Shown in pieces: positions 32,301 through 45,100 of a stretch of DNA of 46,848 bases. A program made the position numbers and the translations under genes. Position 1 is the stretch's first letter, and each line of letters starts with the position of its first letter. Source of the stretch: an uncultured Clostridium sp. (GTDB lineage Bacteria > Bacillota > Clostridia > TANB77 > CAG-508); the NCBI GenBank assembly GCA_947426525.1, contig CANEEJ010000006.1, positions 1 to 46,848 on the forward strand. Reading direction: 5' to 3'. The notes under the pieces were generated by a model. It saw only the letters and a list, made by a program, of their open reading frames with translations, was not told the DNA's origin and ran no database searches.

Positions 32301-35300
32301 GTGATGGAATGTTAATTAAATATAATAAAGAAGGAGAAGCACAATGGACAAGAAAAATAGGAGGTAATGGGGATGAGGCAATAACTTTAGTAGCAGAGGC
32401 ACAAGATGGAGGATATATAGTTGGAGGATATGCAAGTAGCTCAATAGTTGATTTGGAAAATGGGGTAAAATTAAGAACAAAAGAGAGTTCTCTAAGCTAT
32501 ACACAAGGTATTGTAATAAAATATAGTAAAGATGGAGAGGTAGAATGGGCAAGAGCAGTAGGACAAGGATTTAGTGATAAAGAAATGCTTGTAACACAGA
32601 CAAAAGATGGAGCAATTATAATAGTAGTACGGTGGTAACACGATAATTAAGTACAATAAAGAAGGGAAATTAGAATGGGAAAAAGAAAAAGGAGGATATA
32701 GTGGAGACAAAATAACTTCACTAGCAGAAACAAGTGATGGAGGATATATTATAGGAGGACATTTTTATAGTGGTAAAATAGACTTAGGAAATGGAATAGA
32801 ATTATCTAATAATGGCTATTATGATGGAATGCTAATAAAATATAATGCTGAAAGAGAGTGTGAATGGGCAAAAGTAGTAGGAGGAAGTGAAAATGATTAT
32901 ATAAAATTTGTAATTGAAATGAAAGACGGAGGATATATAATTGGAGGAAATTTTTATAGTAGTAAAATACATTTAGAAAAGGGGATAACATTAGAAAACC
33001 AATCAAGTAATACAAGCTGTAGTGATGTAATGATAGTTAAATATAGTAGTGAAGGAGAAATAGAATGGGCAAAAGGAATAGGAGGATCCGCTACTGACCA
33101 AGTAACTTCTCTAGTAAAGGCACAAGATGGAGGATATATAGTTGGAGGATATTTTGAAAGTGCAAAAATTAGATTAGGGCTAATTAATCAGGGAACAGCA
33201 TATAGTTCTTCAGATGGGATGTTAATTAAGTATAATGACGAGAAAATGGAATGGGCAAAAGGAATAGGAGGGACTGGGAGTGATCGTATAATCTCAGTAA
33301 CAGAAACAGATGATAAGGAAATCGTTGTTGGAGGAAATTTTAGTAGTAGTGAAATACACTTAGAAAATGGAAAAACTTTAACGAGTAATGGTAGTTACGA
33401 CGGCATGCTCTTAAAAGTTAGACCAGAAATGGGCGTCCCAGAAATCCAAGAACTAGAAATAGAAAACCAAATCAAACAATTCAAAATCACAACAGACGTA
33501 AAAGAAATCGATGGTATAAAAGGTGGAACCATTTCAGGAGAAGACAAATCACCATACGAAAAAGTAAAATACAACCAAAACAATACACAAGAAATTATCA
33601 TGAAACCAGACGAAAACTATGAAATCATTGGAATTACTGTAAATGGTAAAGAATATCCATTTGAGGCAAATGAAGACGGAACCTATACCATGCCACAATT
33701 TGAACAAATAACAGAAGATAAACATATTGAAGTAACCTACTCATTAAAGGATAACAAAATTATAATCAATAAAGTAGACAGTAAAACCAGACAACCATTA
33801 GAAGGGGCTAATTTTAAACTAGACCAAATAGAAGAAAGAACCAATCCAGAAAATGTAGTAGGAGGATTAACCGCAAATGGACAACAATACATAATAGCAA
33901 ACCCTGAAGACGAAGTAACAGGAACCGTAGGTGAACTAACAGAAAGTGTTGTAGATTTACCACATTTTGTGGAACAAGAGGGAGCCTATGTTCCAACTAA
34001 CAGCAAAACATACCAAAAAGCGAATGTAGCAGAAGCAACTGGAGGAATTCAAAACTCAACAGCAAACTCTTATGTACCAATCAATCTAACAGGAAAAGAA
34101 GGACAATATGTAGTGGTAATTAATGCTAGAGCATCCAGTGAAAGTAATTATGATATTGGCTATGCAACCATAACCGAAAACACAAATACACCAACTTTCA
34201 ATAAAAGCAATACTTATGATGTAAAAATATCAGGAACGGTGGCAGCCAAAGATTACACCTCAACTGTATTGCAAGGAGGAAAAGTTTACTACCTACACTT
34301 AGCTTACCAAAAAGATGGTAGTGGTGATACAAACGAAGACCAAGTCGTATTTAACAGCATTAAAGTGTATGAAGCAACTACAATCAATACAGAAAGTGAA
34401 ATAACAGAAGCAAAAGGAGAATTAACACAACACGACATACAAGCGCCAGTCTTTGTACAAAAAGACGGTACCTATGTTCCAACTAACAGTAAAACTTATC
34501 AAATGGCAAATGTAGAAGGAGCAACAGGAGGAATTCAAAGCTCAACAGCCAATTCTTATATACCAATCGATTTAACTGGTAGAGCTGGAAAATATGTAGT
34601 AGTGGTAAATGCTAGTGTATCTAGCCAAAGCGGAAACGACTATGGATATGCTGTTATTACCGAAAATACCAACATACCAAGTTCTAGTGCAAGTAAAATG
34701 TTAAATATCTCAGGAACCGTGGCAGCCAAAGACTATAACTCTAGTTTACTAGAAGGGGGCAAAATGTATTATCTACACTTAGGCTACCAAAAGAATGCAA
34801 GTACCGATACCGGAGATGACCAAATTGTATTTAACAGTATCAAAGTAGTGGGAACCACAAGTACAACCTATAACTTTATCGAAAACGAAGGAAAATACGA
34901 GTCAAATAACCAAGGAAAAGATAGTACAGTAGCAAACTCTTATTTACCAATTGATTTAACAGGCTATACCGGAAAATACAACTTAGTAGTAAATGCAAAA
35001 GTTTCAAGCGAAAATACTGATTATGGCTATGCAACCGTAACCGAGAACACAACAAGACCAAGCTATAGCACAACCACAGGAAGATTTATCTATATTTCTG
35101 GAACTACAGGAACCAATACAGAAGATAAAGACTATACAACCGTATTGCAAGGAGGAAAAATATATTATCTACACCTAGGCTATTACAAAAATGGTTCTAC
35201 TAGCTCAGGAGACGACAAATTCACAGTAAATAGTGTAAAAATAACCCTAAATGATTCGGAACTATATCACACTGAAGTAACCACAAACAGCCAAGGACAA

Positions 35301-38300
35301 GCCATTACCCAAATACCATTTGGAAAATACAACATAACAGAAATAAAAGCACCAGAAGGTTATGAATTAAACGAAGAACCACAAGAAGTCGAATTTAGAG
35401 CAGACCAAAACCACGAATTTACCATTGAAAATAGTGAAAAAGCAAAATTAGTTGTACACCATTACATCAAAGGAACCACACAAAAAGTAGCAGAAGACAG
35501 TTACCAAGAAGGAAAAATAGGACAAAACTACAAAACAGAACCACAATTAGACCTAGCAAAATATGAACTAGAAAAAGACGAAGAGCAAAACCTAATCTTG
35601 CCAGAAAACGCACTAGGAACCTATGTATCAGGAACAACCGAAGTAACCTATTACTATGTAGAAAAACAAATACCATTAACCGTGCATCACTACATAGAAG
35701 GAACCACAACACCAGTTCCACTAGCAGATGGAACAGAAGCTAAAACGGTGCAAGAAAAAGGAAACAGAGGGCAAAACTATCAAACTAATGAAATTGAAGA
35801 TAGTTTATTAAGTGAACACTACGAATTAGTAGAAGTGCCAGAAAACGCACAAGGAACTTACGAAGAAAACGAAATAACCGTAATTTACTACTATAAAAAA
35901 GTAGAAAAAGAAATAACAATAACAAAAGTAGATGCCCAAAACCAAGAAACACCATTAGCAGAAGCAGAATTTACGATTACGCCAAAAAAAGAAAAACCAA
36001 AACCAATTGTAAGCCAAATGCAAGCAAATGGTAACTACCAATTTGAAAAACAAGGAGAAAAATATGTATCAACCAACCAAAATAAAAATAGTACAAGTAC
36101 TAATGGATACATAGAAATTGACTTAACAAAAGTAGGAAAAACCAAAATAAAAGTGAATGCAGAAGTAGGAAGTGAAAGCAATTTTGATATTGGATATGCA
36201 ACTGTAACTGAGGATACCAATGTACCAAACTTTAATAAAAATAATTCGTACTTTATTAAGATTTCAGGAACACAAGCAGAAAAAGACTATGAAACCGAAT
36301 TAGAAGGTGGAAAAGTATATTACTTACATTTTGCGTATGTAAAAGATGGAAGTAGTTCAACAGCACCTGATACGTTTACGATTAATAGCATAGAAGTAGA
36401 AGGAGCTGTAACAATACCAGAAATTTATACAACCAACGACCAAGGAAAAATCACAACAACACTAGAAGTAGGAGAATACGTAGCAACCGAAATAACGGCA
36501 CCACAAGGTTATGAACTGCCAGAAAATCCTCAAGCAGAATTTGTAATAAACAAAGAAACTGACAAAATAGAACTAACCATACCAAACCACAAAAAACAAG
36601 GAAATGTGGTGGTACATCACTACATCCAAGGAACAGAAGAAAAAGTACCAGCAAAAGAAGAAGGACAAGTAGTAGAAGATGAAACAAAAACTGGAAACCT
36701 AGGAGACATCTTTATTACTAAAGAATCTGAAAACGTAAATGAAAGTTATGAATTGGTACAAGTAGTAGGAAATGAGTCTGGTGAATACGAGGAAGAAGAA
36801 CAAGTAGTTATTTACTATTACAAACTAAAAGCCCCAGAAATAACAAATCATGAAATCACAAAAACAAGTAATACCGAAAAAGTAACAGACCCAAGCCAAA
36901 GTATAGACTACACCATAAACTATCAAGCAACTATCAATCCTTATATAGGAACAGCAACCATAACAATGGTAGATAATTTGCCATATGAAATAGACCAAGA
37001 AAAATCTAACCTAGCAGATGGTATTTATGATGCCGAAAATAGAACTATTACTTGGGAAGAAACCATAGAAAATATCAACACCGTAACTGAAGGAAGTAAA
37101 ACAATTGAAATAACCAAACAAATTAGTTTAGTATTTACGAACTTGGATGTAACCCAAGAAACAGTAATAAACAATGTAGCAGGAACCCTTAAACTAGAAT
37201 CCCCAGAAAAAGAAGAAACTGTGGAAAGTACCAAAGAAATTCCAGCCGAATACCTAATAAATATTGTTGTAAACAAAATCTGGAACGACAACGAAGTACA
37301 AAAGCAAAGAAGACCTAAAAGCATTGTAATCCAAGTAAAAAACGGAGAAGAAGTAGTGGCATCTAAAGAAGTAAATACTACAAATGCAGTAGAAGGAAAA
37401 GAAAACCAATGGGCAGTAGAATTTGAAAACTTACCAAAATACGGAGAAGACGGAAACGAAATCGTTTATACGGTAGACGAAACAGTATTAGATGGTGACG
37501 AACACAAAGATGACTTAAAATTCTATACCAAAGAAATAACAAAAGTCGAAGATAACCAAGCAACGATAAGAAATACCTTTACCGTACCAGACGAAAAAAC
37601 AGAAATTATTGTCAATAAAATATGGAAAGATAACAACAACGAAAATGGAAGAAGACCAGAAGCGATTAAATTACAAGTTAAAAACGGCAAAGATATTGTA
37701 AAAGAAGAAGTAATAAGAGATACTTGGGTTCATACATTTACTGACTTACCAAAATACAACGAAAACGGTGAAGAAATTGTATACACAGTAGACGAAACAG
37801 TATTAGATGGAGACGAGCACAAAGAAGACTTAAAATTCTATACGAAGTCAATCCAAGGAACCACAATTACAAATACCTTTACCGTACCAGATGAAAGAAT
37901 TAAGGTGACTGTAAACAAAGTATGGAAAGATAATGATATTCAAAAACTAAGAAGACCAGAAAAAGTTGTTGTGGTATTAAAACAAGGTAATCAAGAAGTA
38001 GCAAGACAAGAAATAGGACAGGAAGAAAACTGGACTTATACTTTTGAAAACTTACCAAAATATAACGAAAAAGGGCAAGAAATTGAGTATGCAGTAGACG
38101 AAACCGTATTGGATGGTGACGAGCATAAAGAAGACTTAAAATTCTATACCAAACAAATTGGAAAAGTAACAGAGAACAAACAAGCAACTATCATAAATAC
38201 CTTCCAAAAACCAGAAGACACAACCAATGTAGTAGTAAACAAAATTTGGAACGACAACAACAATGAAGCCGAAAAACGTCCAGAAAGCATTAAATTACAA

Positions 38301-41300
38301 CTAAAACAAGGAAACAATCAAATAGTTGAAGAAATAGTAACAGTAGAAAATGCTATCGAAGATAACACAAATACTTGGGAATACACCTTCGAAAACTTAC
38401 CAAAATACAATGAAAATGGACAAGAAATTGGGTATACAGTAGACGAAGTAGAAGTAAATAGCGAAGACTTAAAATTCTACGAAAAAACCATAGAAGGAAC
38501 AACTATAACCAATACCTTTACCCAAAACACAGACAAAATAAATGTAACAGCAACCAAAGTGTGGGAGGATAATGAAGTTCAAAAAGCAAGAAGGCCAAGC
38601 AGTGTAGTTATTCAATTAAAACGAAATGGAGAAGTCGTACAAAGTAAAGACCTTGCTATTAACCAAGAACAAAACGAATTTAGTCTAACCTTTGAAGACC
38701 TACCAAAATACGACCAATACAATAATATTATAAGCTATACAGTAGATGAAGATACTAAAGATGTTGGAGATTTAAAATTCTATGTAAAAACAATTGATGG
38801 AAATACAATAACTAATACTTTTGTAAGACCAATTGACATGATTTCTATTCAAGTAGAAAAGCAATGGGTGGATCAAACTAACATCTATGAAAAACGTCCA
38901 GAAACCGTAACCATAGAAGTAAAAAACGGAGAAAAATTAGTACAAGCAAAAGTAATTTCAAGTGAAGAAAACTGGGAAACAACCTTTACCAAACTTCCAA
39001 AATACGATGAAAATGGACAAGAGATAAGCTATACAATAAAAGAAAAAGAAACCAATGAAGGGGAATTATCTTACTACACAAGTGAGGTTGGAAGAATGGA
39101 AGAAAAGGGAGCAGACGAAAAACAAGTAATAGTAACTAACACCATGACCAAAATCCCAGGATTTGTAGAAATCAAATACGTAGATAAAAACACCAAAGAC
39201 GAAATCGACAATAGAGGCGAAGAAGAAGGAATTGTAGGTGACAATTTTGATATTAGTAACCACAAAAAAGAAATCCCAGGCTACACGTTAGTAGAGGAGC
39301 CAGAAGAAATAACAGGAACTTATACAGAAAAAACGCAAATCAAAACCTACTATTACGCAAAAAATACCAAAGTAATTGTAAAATACCTAGAACAAGGAAC
39401 CAACAAAATTCTAACGCCAGAGCCACAATATGAAATTCTAGGATATGAAGGGCAAGGATATACAACAACTAACAAACAAATTGAAGACTACACCTTTATA
39501 GAGAGTACGAAAAATACATCAGGAACGATGAAAAGAGACGAAATTGAAGTTATTTATTACTATGCACCAAACACCAAAGTTCATATAAGACATTTAGAAA
39601 AAGACGATACACCAGAAAACAATACCGATAATAAAGTGTTAGCAAGTGCACAAGTAATAAATGGTTATGTAGGACAAGAATACGAAACAAAAGCGGTAGA
39701 TATTGATGGCTATACATTAATAGAAAATACTAACAATACAAAAGGAACCATGACAAAAGACGAAATCGAAGTAATCTACTACTATGCAAAAAATACAAAA
39801 GTAATCGTAAAATACTTAGAACAAGACAATACGCCAGACAATAACCTAGACAATAATGTCTTAGCAACTGAAGAAGAACTAAATGGTTATGTCGGACAAA
39901 ACTATGAAACAAACAAAAAAGAAATAGAAGATTACATATTTGTAGAGAGCACAAATAACACAAAAGGAACCATGGAAAAAGACGTAATTGAAGTAATTTA
40001 CTACTATGCACAAAAAACAAAAGCAACTGTACAACATATTGACAAAGAAACCGGAAAAATACTAAAACAAGAAAGTAAAGCTGGAAAAGTAGGAGACATC
40101 TTCAAAACGCACCCAGAAGATATCGAAGGCTATGTGGTAGTAATTGTACCAGAAAACCCAGATGTGACTATGACCAAAGAAGAGCAAATTGTAAAATACT
40201 ATTATGTAAAAATCTCAGCAGGTGTGGTCGAAAAACATATCGACATCATAACAGGAGAATTGCTAGATGGTAAACAGCACCAAGGAAACAAAGGCGATGA
40301 CTACAAGATAGACCCTGAAGAATTCCAAGGTTATGAATTAGTAATTGTAGACAAAGATGGAAATGATAGACTACCAAATAATGCTGAAGGAAAAATGGAA
40401 GAAGAGTTAATCGAAGTAAAATACTACTACATCAAAAAAGCAAGCCTAAGAGTAAAACATATCGACCAAGAAACAGGCTTAGAACTAGCCGAAGATGAAA
40501 CAACACAAGGTTACGAAAACGACGATTATGAAACCAAAGAAAAAACCTTTAAAGGTTACGAACTAGTAGAAACACCAAAAAATGCAAATGGAAAACTACA
40601 AGTAACCAAAAACGAAGATGGAACCTATAACACAGAAACAGTAGTTACCTATTACTATCAAAAACCAAAAGCAAAAACAGCAGTAGTACTTGAAAAACAT
40701 ATTGATATAAACACAGGAAAAACACTAGCTAAAGAGGAACACAAAGGAAAAGTAGGAGATAGTTACAGCATTTCAAGTAAAGACTTTACAGGCTACGAAT
40801 TAGTCAGCAGTAAATTACCAACCAATTATAAAGGACAAATGACAGAAGAAGAAATCGAAGTAATCTACTATTACCAAAAAATAGCCAAAGTAACTGTCCA
40901 ATATATCGACAAACAAACTGGAGAAAAACTAAATCAAGATGAAATCAAAGGCTATGTAGGACAGACCTACGAAACCGAAGAAAAACAATTTGACGGTTAT
41001 GAACTAATAGAAGTACCATCAAACGGAAAAGGTGAAATGAAAGACAGTGAAATCGTAGTAAAATACTACTATAAGAAAAAAGCAGAAATAGAAATCCAAT
41101 ACCTAGAAAAAGACAACAACTATCCATTAGCAGAAAGTGAAGTAGTAAAAGGCTATGTAGGAGACAAATATGAAACCCAAAGAAAAGATATACCATACTA
41201 CAAATTTGTAGAAAGCACAACCAATACCAAAGGAACCATGACAGCCGACAAAATAACAGTAATTTACTACTATCAAAAACAAATCTTTAACTTAAGTGTA

Positions 41301-41870
41301 GACAAATGGGTAAGTAAAGTAAGCTTAAATGGTATAACAACAGGAGCAAGGGACTATGAAACAAAAGACCAATTATACAAACTAGACATCCATAGAAACA
41401 AAGTAGCAAATGCAGACCTAAAAGTAACTTACACCATAAGAATTAGTAACAAAGGAGAAATCGAAGGAACCGTTGGAAAAATAACAGAATTAATTCCAGC
41501 AGGATTTAGCTTCCATCAAGAAGATAATGACTTATACTGGGAAGAGGCAGGAGGAATCTTAATAACCGAAAGCTTAAAAGACCAAAAAATCCAAGCAGAC
41601 GAAATAAAAGAAATACAACTTGTTCTAAGATGGAATCCAAGCGAAGAAAACTTTGGAAGCAAAAACAACAGTGTCATCATAGGAAACCTAAACAACCCAG
41701 CAGGCTACCAAGACATCGACAAAGAAGACAATCAAGCAAAATCCGAAATGTTACTAACCATAGCAACTGGACTAGACAGAAACGATAGAATTGTCATCAT
41801 AGGAATTGTACAGATTGTATTAGCTATTTCAGTAGGATTACTAGTAAGCTATAAGAAAAAGGAAAAATAA
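26303..41870 (+). CDS. Giant multidomain adhesin (~5,188 aa): SpaA-like, 14 propeller-like repeats, 6 Cna-B, ~13 MucBP-like, C-terminal TM; needs +1 frameshift at CGG 32630-32632
   Basis: ORF 26303..32638 has the N-terminal TM and no anchor; ORF 32829..41870 has no signal but ends IATG-TM-KKKEK. The +1 frame from 32631 is open into the second ORF and continues the same repeat. Confidence 0.88.
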
Positions 41871-41911
41871 AAAATGAGACAGTAGGGACAGTCCTTTACT
41901 GTCTCATTTTT
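41870..41911 (+). terminator. GGGAC-family hairpin acting as likely terminator
   Basis: AAAAATGAGACAGTA / TACTGTCTCATTTTT 15-bp inverted repeat directly after the stop codon. Confidence 0.75.
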
Positions 41912-41939
41912 CTATCCCTAAAATAATCAGGCTAAACCC

Positions 41940-41969
41940 TTGACATCCGTAAGAAAAATATGCTATAAT
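41940..41969 (+). promoter_or_regulatory. SigA promoter of rpoBC
   Basis: TTGACA-18bp-TATAAT with TG extension. Confidence 0.8.
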
Positions 41970-41999
41970 AAAGTGTAATTTTTATTCAATTATGTTAAA

Positions 42000-42116
42000 A
42001 ATTAGGAAAAGAGGAATCAAACTTAAGTATCCCTAAGGAAAGCCGACTTGGAAAAAGCAGACAAGTTGGCAACTTTAGACTAAGCTACTTAAGTTAGAGA
42101 AGGACTTTTTCTAATT
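42000..42116 (+). promoter_or_regulatory. Structured 5' leader of rpoB
   Basis: Nested stems 42000-42011/42105-42116, 42020-42029/42086-42095, 42042-42050/42062-42070. Confidence 0.6.
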
Positions 42117-42164
42117 CAATATAAATTTATTTTCTGCTTAAATCAATTTTAAGGAGTGATTTTT

Positions 42165-45100
42165 TTGAAAATCAAAGAAGTAAATTACGAGAAAGCTTCT
42201 CGTAAAGATTTCGCAAAAGTTGGTGATTACATCGAAATGCCAAACCTAATCAAAGTCCAAAAAGATTCTTATGACTGGTTTGTAGAAGAAGGATTAGGCG
42301 AAGTATTAAGAGACATCTCACCAATAGAAGACTACTCAGGAAACTTAGTTCTTGAATTTTTCGATTATTACATGGAAGAAAAAACAAAATATTCTGTAGA
42401 AGAAGCCAAAGAAAGAGATGCAACTTACTCTACTAGATTACATGTAAAAGTAAGACTAATCAACCGTGAAACTGGTGAAATTAAAGAACAAGAAATCTAC
42501 TTAGGAGATTTCCCATTAATGACAGACAGTGGAACATTCGTAATCAATGGAGCAGAAAGAGTTGTAGTCAGCCAATTAGTACGTTCACCAGGATGTTACT
42601 ATGGAGAAGAATTTGACACAAAAACAGGAAAAAGAACTTACAATTCTACTGTTATGCCACTTCGTGGAGCATGGTTAGAATATGAAACCGATGGAAATGA
42701 CATCTTCTATGTACGTGTTGACAGAACCAGAAAAGTTCCAGTAACCACATTATTAAGAGCTATTGGAGTTATTTCAGATGACCAAATAAGAGAATTATTT
42801 GGTGACGAAGAAATGATTACAGCAACAATTGCTAAAGACACTATCAAAGACCAAGACGAAGCCTTAATCGAAATTTATAAAAAACTAAGACCAGGAGAAC
42901 TTCCAACCGTAGATGCAGCAAGAAATCTATTCAATGGATTGTTCTATGACAACAAAAGATATGATTTAGACAAAGTAGGAAGATACAAATTCAACCAAAA
43001 ATTAGCAATAGCAGGAAGAATTAAAGATAAAATAGCAGCGGAAGACATTATGGACAGCGAAACAGGAGAAGTGTTTGTACAAGCAGGAGAAATGATTTCA
43101 GAAGAAGTAGCAGAAGAAATCCAAAATGCTGGTATCAATAGTGTAGACATACTAGTAGGAGAAAGAAAAGTAAGAATTATAGGAAACAGTACTGTTAATA
43201 TCCACAAAGTATTACCAACTGTTGATTTAAGCAAATTACATATTAAAGAATTAGTAAATTACAATGTATTAAAAAATATTGTAGACAATACAGACGAAAA
43301 AGATTTAGTAAAAGCCTTACAAGAAAGAATGGATGAATTAGTACCAAAACATATCACAACAGAAGATATGATAGCATCTATTAACTACTTATTAAATCTT
43401 TCACATGGATTAGGAAAACCAGATGATATTGACCACTTAGCAAACCGTAGAATTCGTTGTGTTGGTGAATTATTACAAAATCAGTTTAGAATTGGTTTAA
43501 CAAGATTAGAAAGAGTTGTTCGTGAAAGAATGACAATCCAAGACTTAGATGTTGTAACACCACAAACTTTAATCAACACCAAACCAATTACATCAGCTAT
43601 CCGTGAATTCTTTGGAAGTTCCCAATTATCACAATTTATGGATCAAACAAATCCACTATCTGAATTAACCCATAAAAGAAGAATATCAGCATTAGGACCT
43701 GGTGGATTAACAAGAGAAAGAGCAGGATTTGAGGTACGTGACGTTCACTATACACACTATGGTAGATTATGCCCAATCGAATCTCCAGAAGGACCAAACA
43801 TTGGATTAATCTCAGCACTTTCATCATTTGCAAGCATTAACGAATATGGATTTATTGAAACACCATACCGTAAAGTAGACCCTAAAACTCATAAATTAAC
43901 AGATATTGTAGAATACATGAGTGCTGACGTAGAAGACAATTATATTATTGCCCAAGCATCAGAACCAATTGATAAAAACGGAAGATTTGTAGATGAAAGA
44001 ATTAGAGTTCGTTTCAAAAACGAAGTAATCGAAGTTGACCGTGATAAAGTTCAATATGTTGACGTATCACCAAAGCAATTAGTATCAATTGCTGCTGCCA
44101 TGATACCATTCTTAGAGCATGATGACGCAAAAAGAGCGTTAATGGGTGCTAACATGCAACGTCAAGCAGTTCCACTTATGATAACAGAAAGTCCAATCAT
44201 AGGAACAGGAATTGAATATAGAGCAGCCAAAGACTCTGGAATTCTAGTATTAGCAGAAGAAGATGGTGTAATTGAAAAAGTAACAGGTGATAGCATAACT
44301 GTAAAATATGATAACAAAAAAACAATTACTCATAAACTTCGTAAATTCAAAAGAACCAATGGTGGTACCTGTATCAACCAAAAGCCAATCGTAAAAGCAG
44401 GAGAAAAAGTGAAAAAAGGAGATGCCATAGCAGATGGACCATCAACTTCTAATGGAGAAATGGCACTTGGTAAGAACGTATTAGTTGCTTTCTCAACATG
44501 GGAAGGATACAACTATGAGGATGCTATCTTAATTAACGAAAAATTAGTAAAAGAAGACGTATTTACTTCTATTCACATAGAAGAATATGATTGTGAATGC
44601 CGTGACACCAAATTAGGAGCAGAAGAAATTACACGTGACATTCCAAATATTGGTGATGATTCTTTAAAAGACTTAGATGAAAACGGAATTATCAGAATTG
44701 GTGCAGAAGTAAGACCAGGAGATATCCTAGTTGGAAAAGTAACACCAAAAGGAGAAACCGAATTAACAGCAGAAGAAAGACTATTAAGAGCTATCTTTGG
44801 TGAAAAAGCAAGAGAAGTAAGAGATACTTCTTTAAGAGTACCACATGGAGAAGCAGGAACAATCGTAGACGTAAAAATCTTTACAAGAGATAATTCAGAT
44901 GAATTAGGACCTGGTGTAAACCAAATTATTAGATGTTACATTGCAACCAAAAGAAAAATCTCAGTTGGAGATAAAATGGCTGGACGTCATGGTAACAAAG
45001 GTGTTATCTCAAGAGTATTACCAGAAGAAGATATGCCATTTATGCCAGATGGAACCCCAATTGATATTCTTTTAAACCCATTAGGTGTGCCTTCTCGTAT

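Noticed and set aside
9007-32632. Simple sense reassignment of CGG (e.g. to Trp or Gln)
   Set aside because: Changing the amino acid cannot restore homology; frame 0 hits a stop within 2-18 codons at all four sites.
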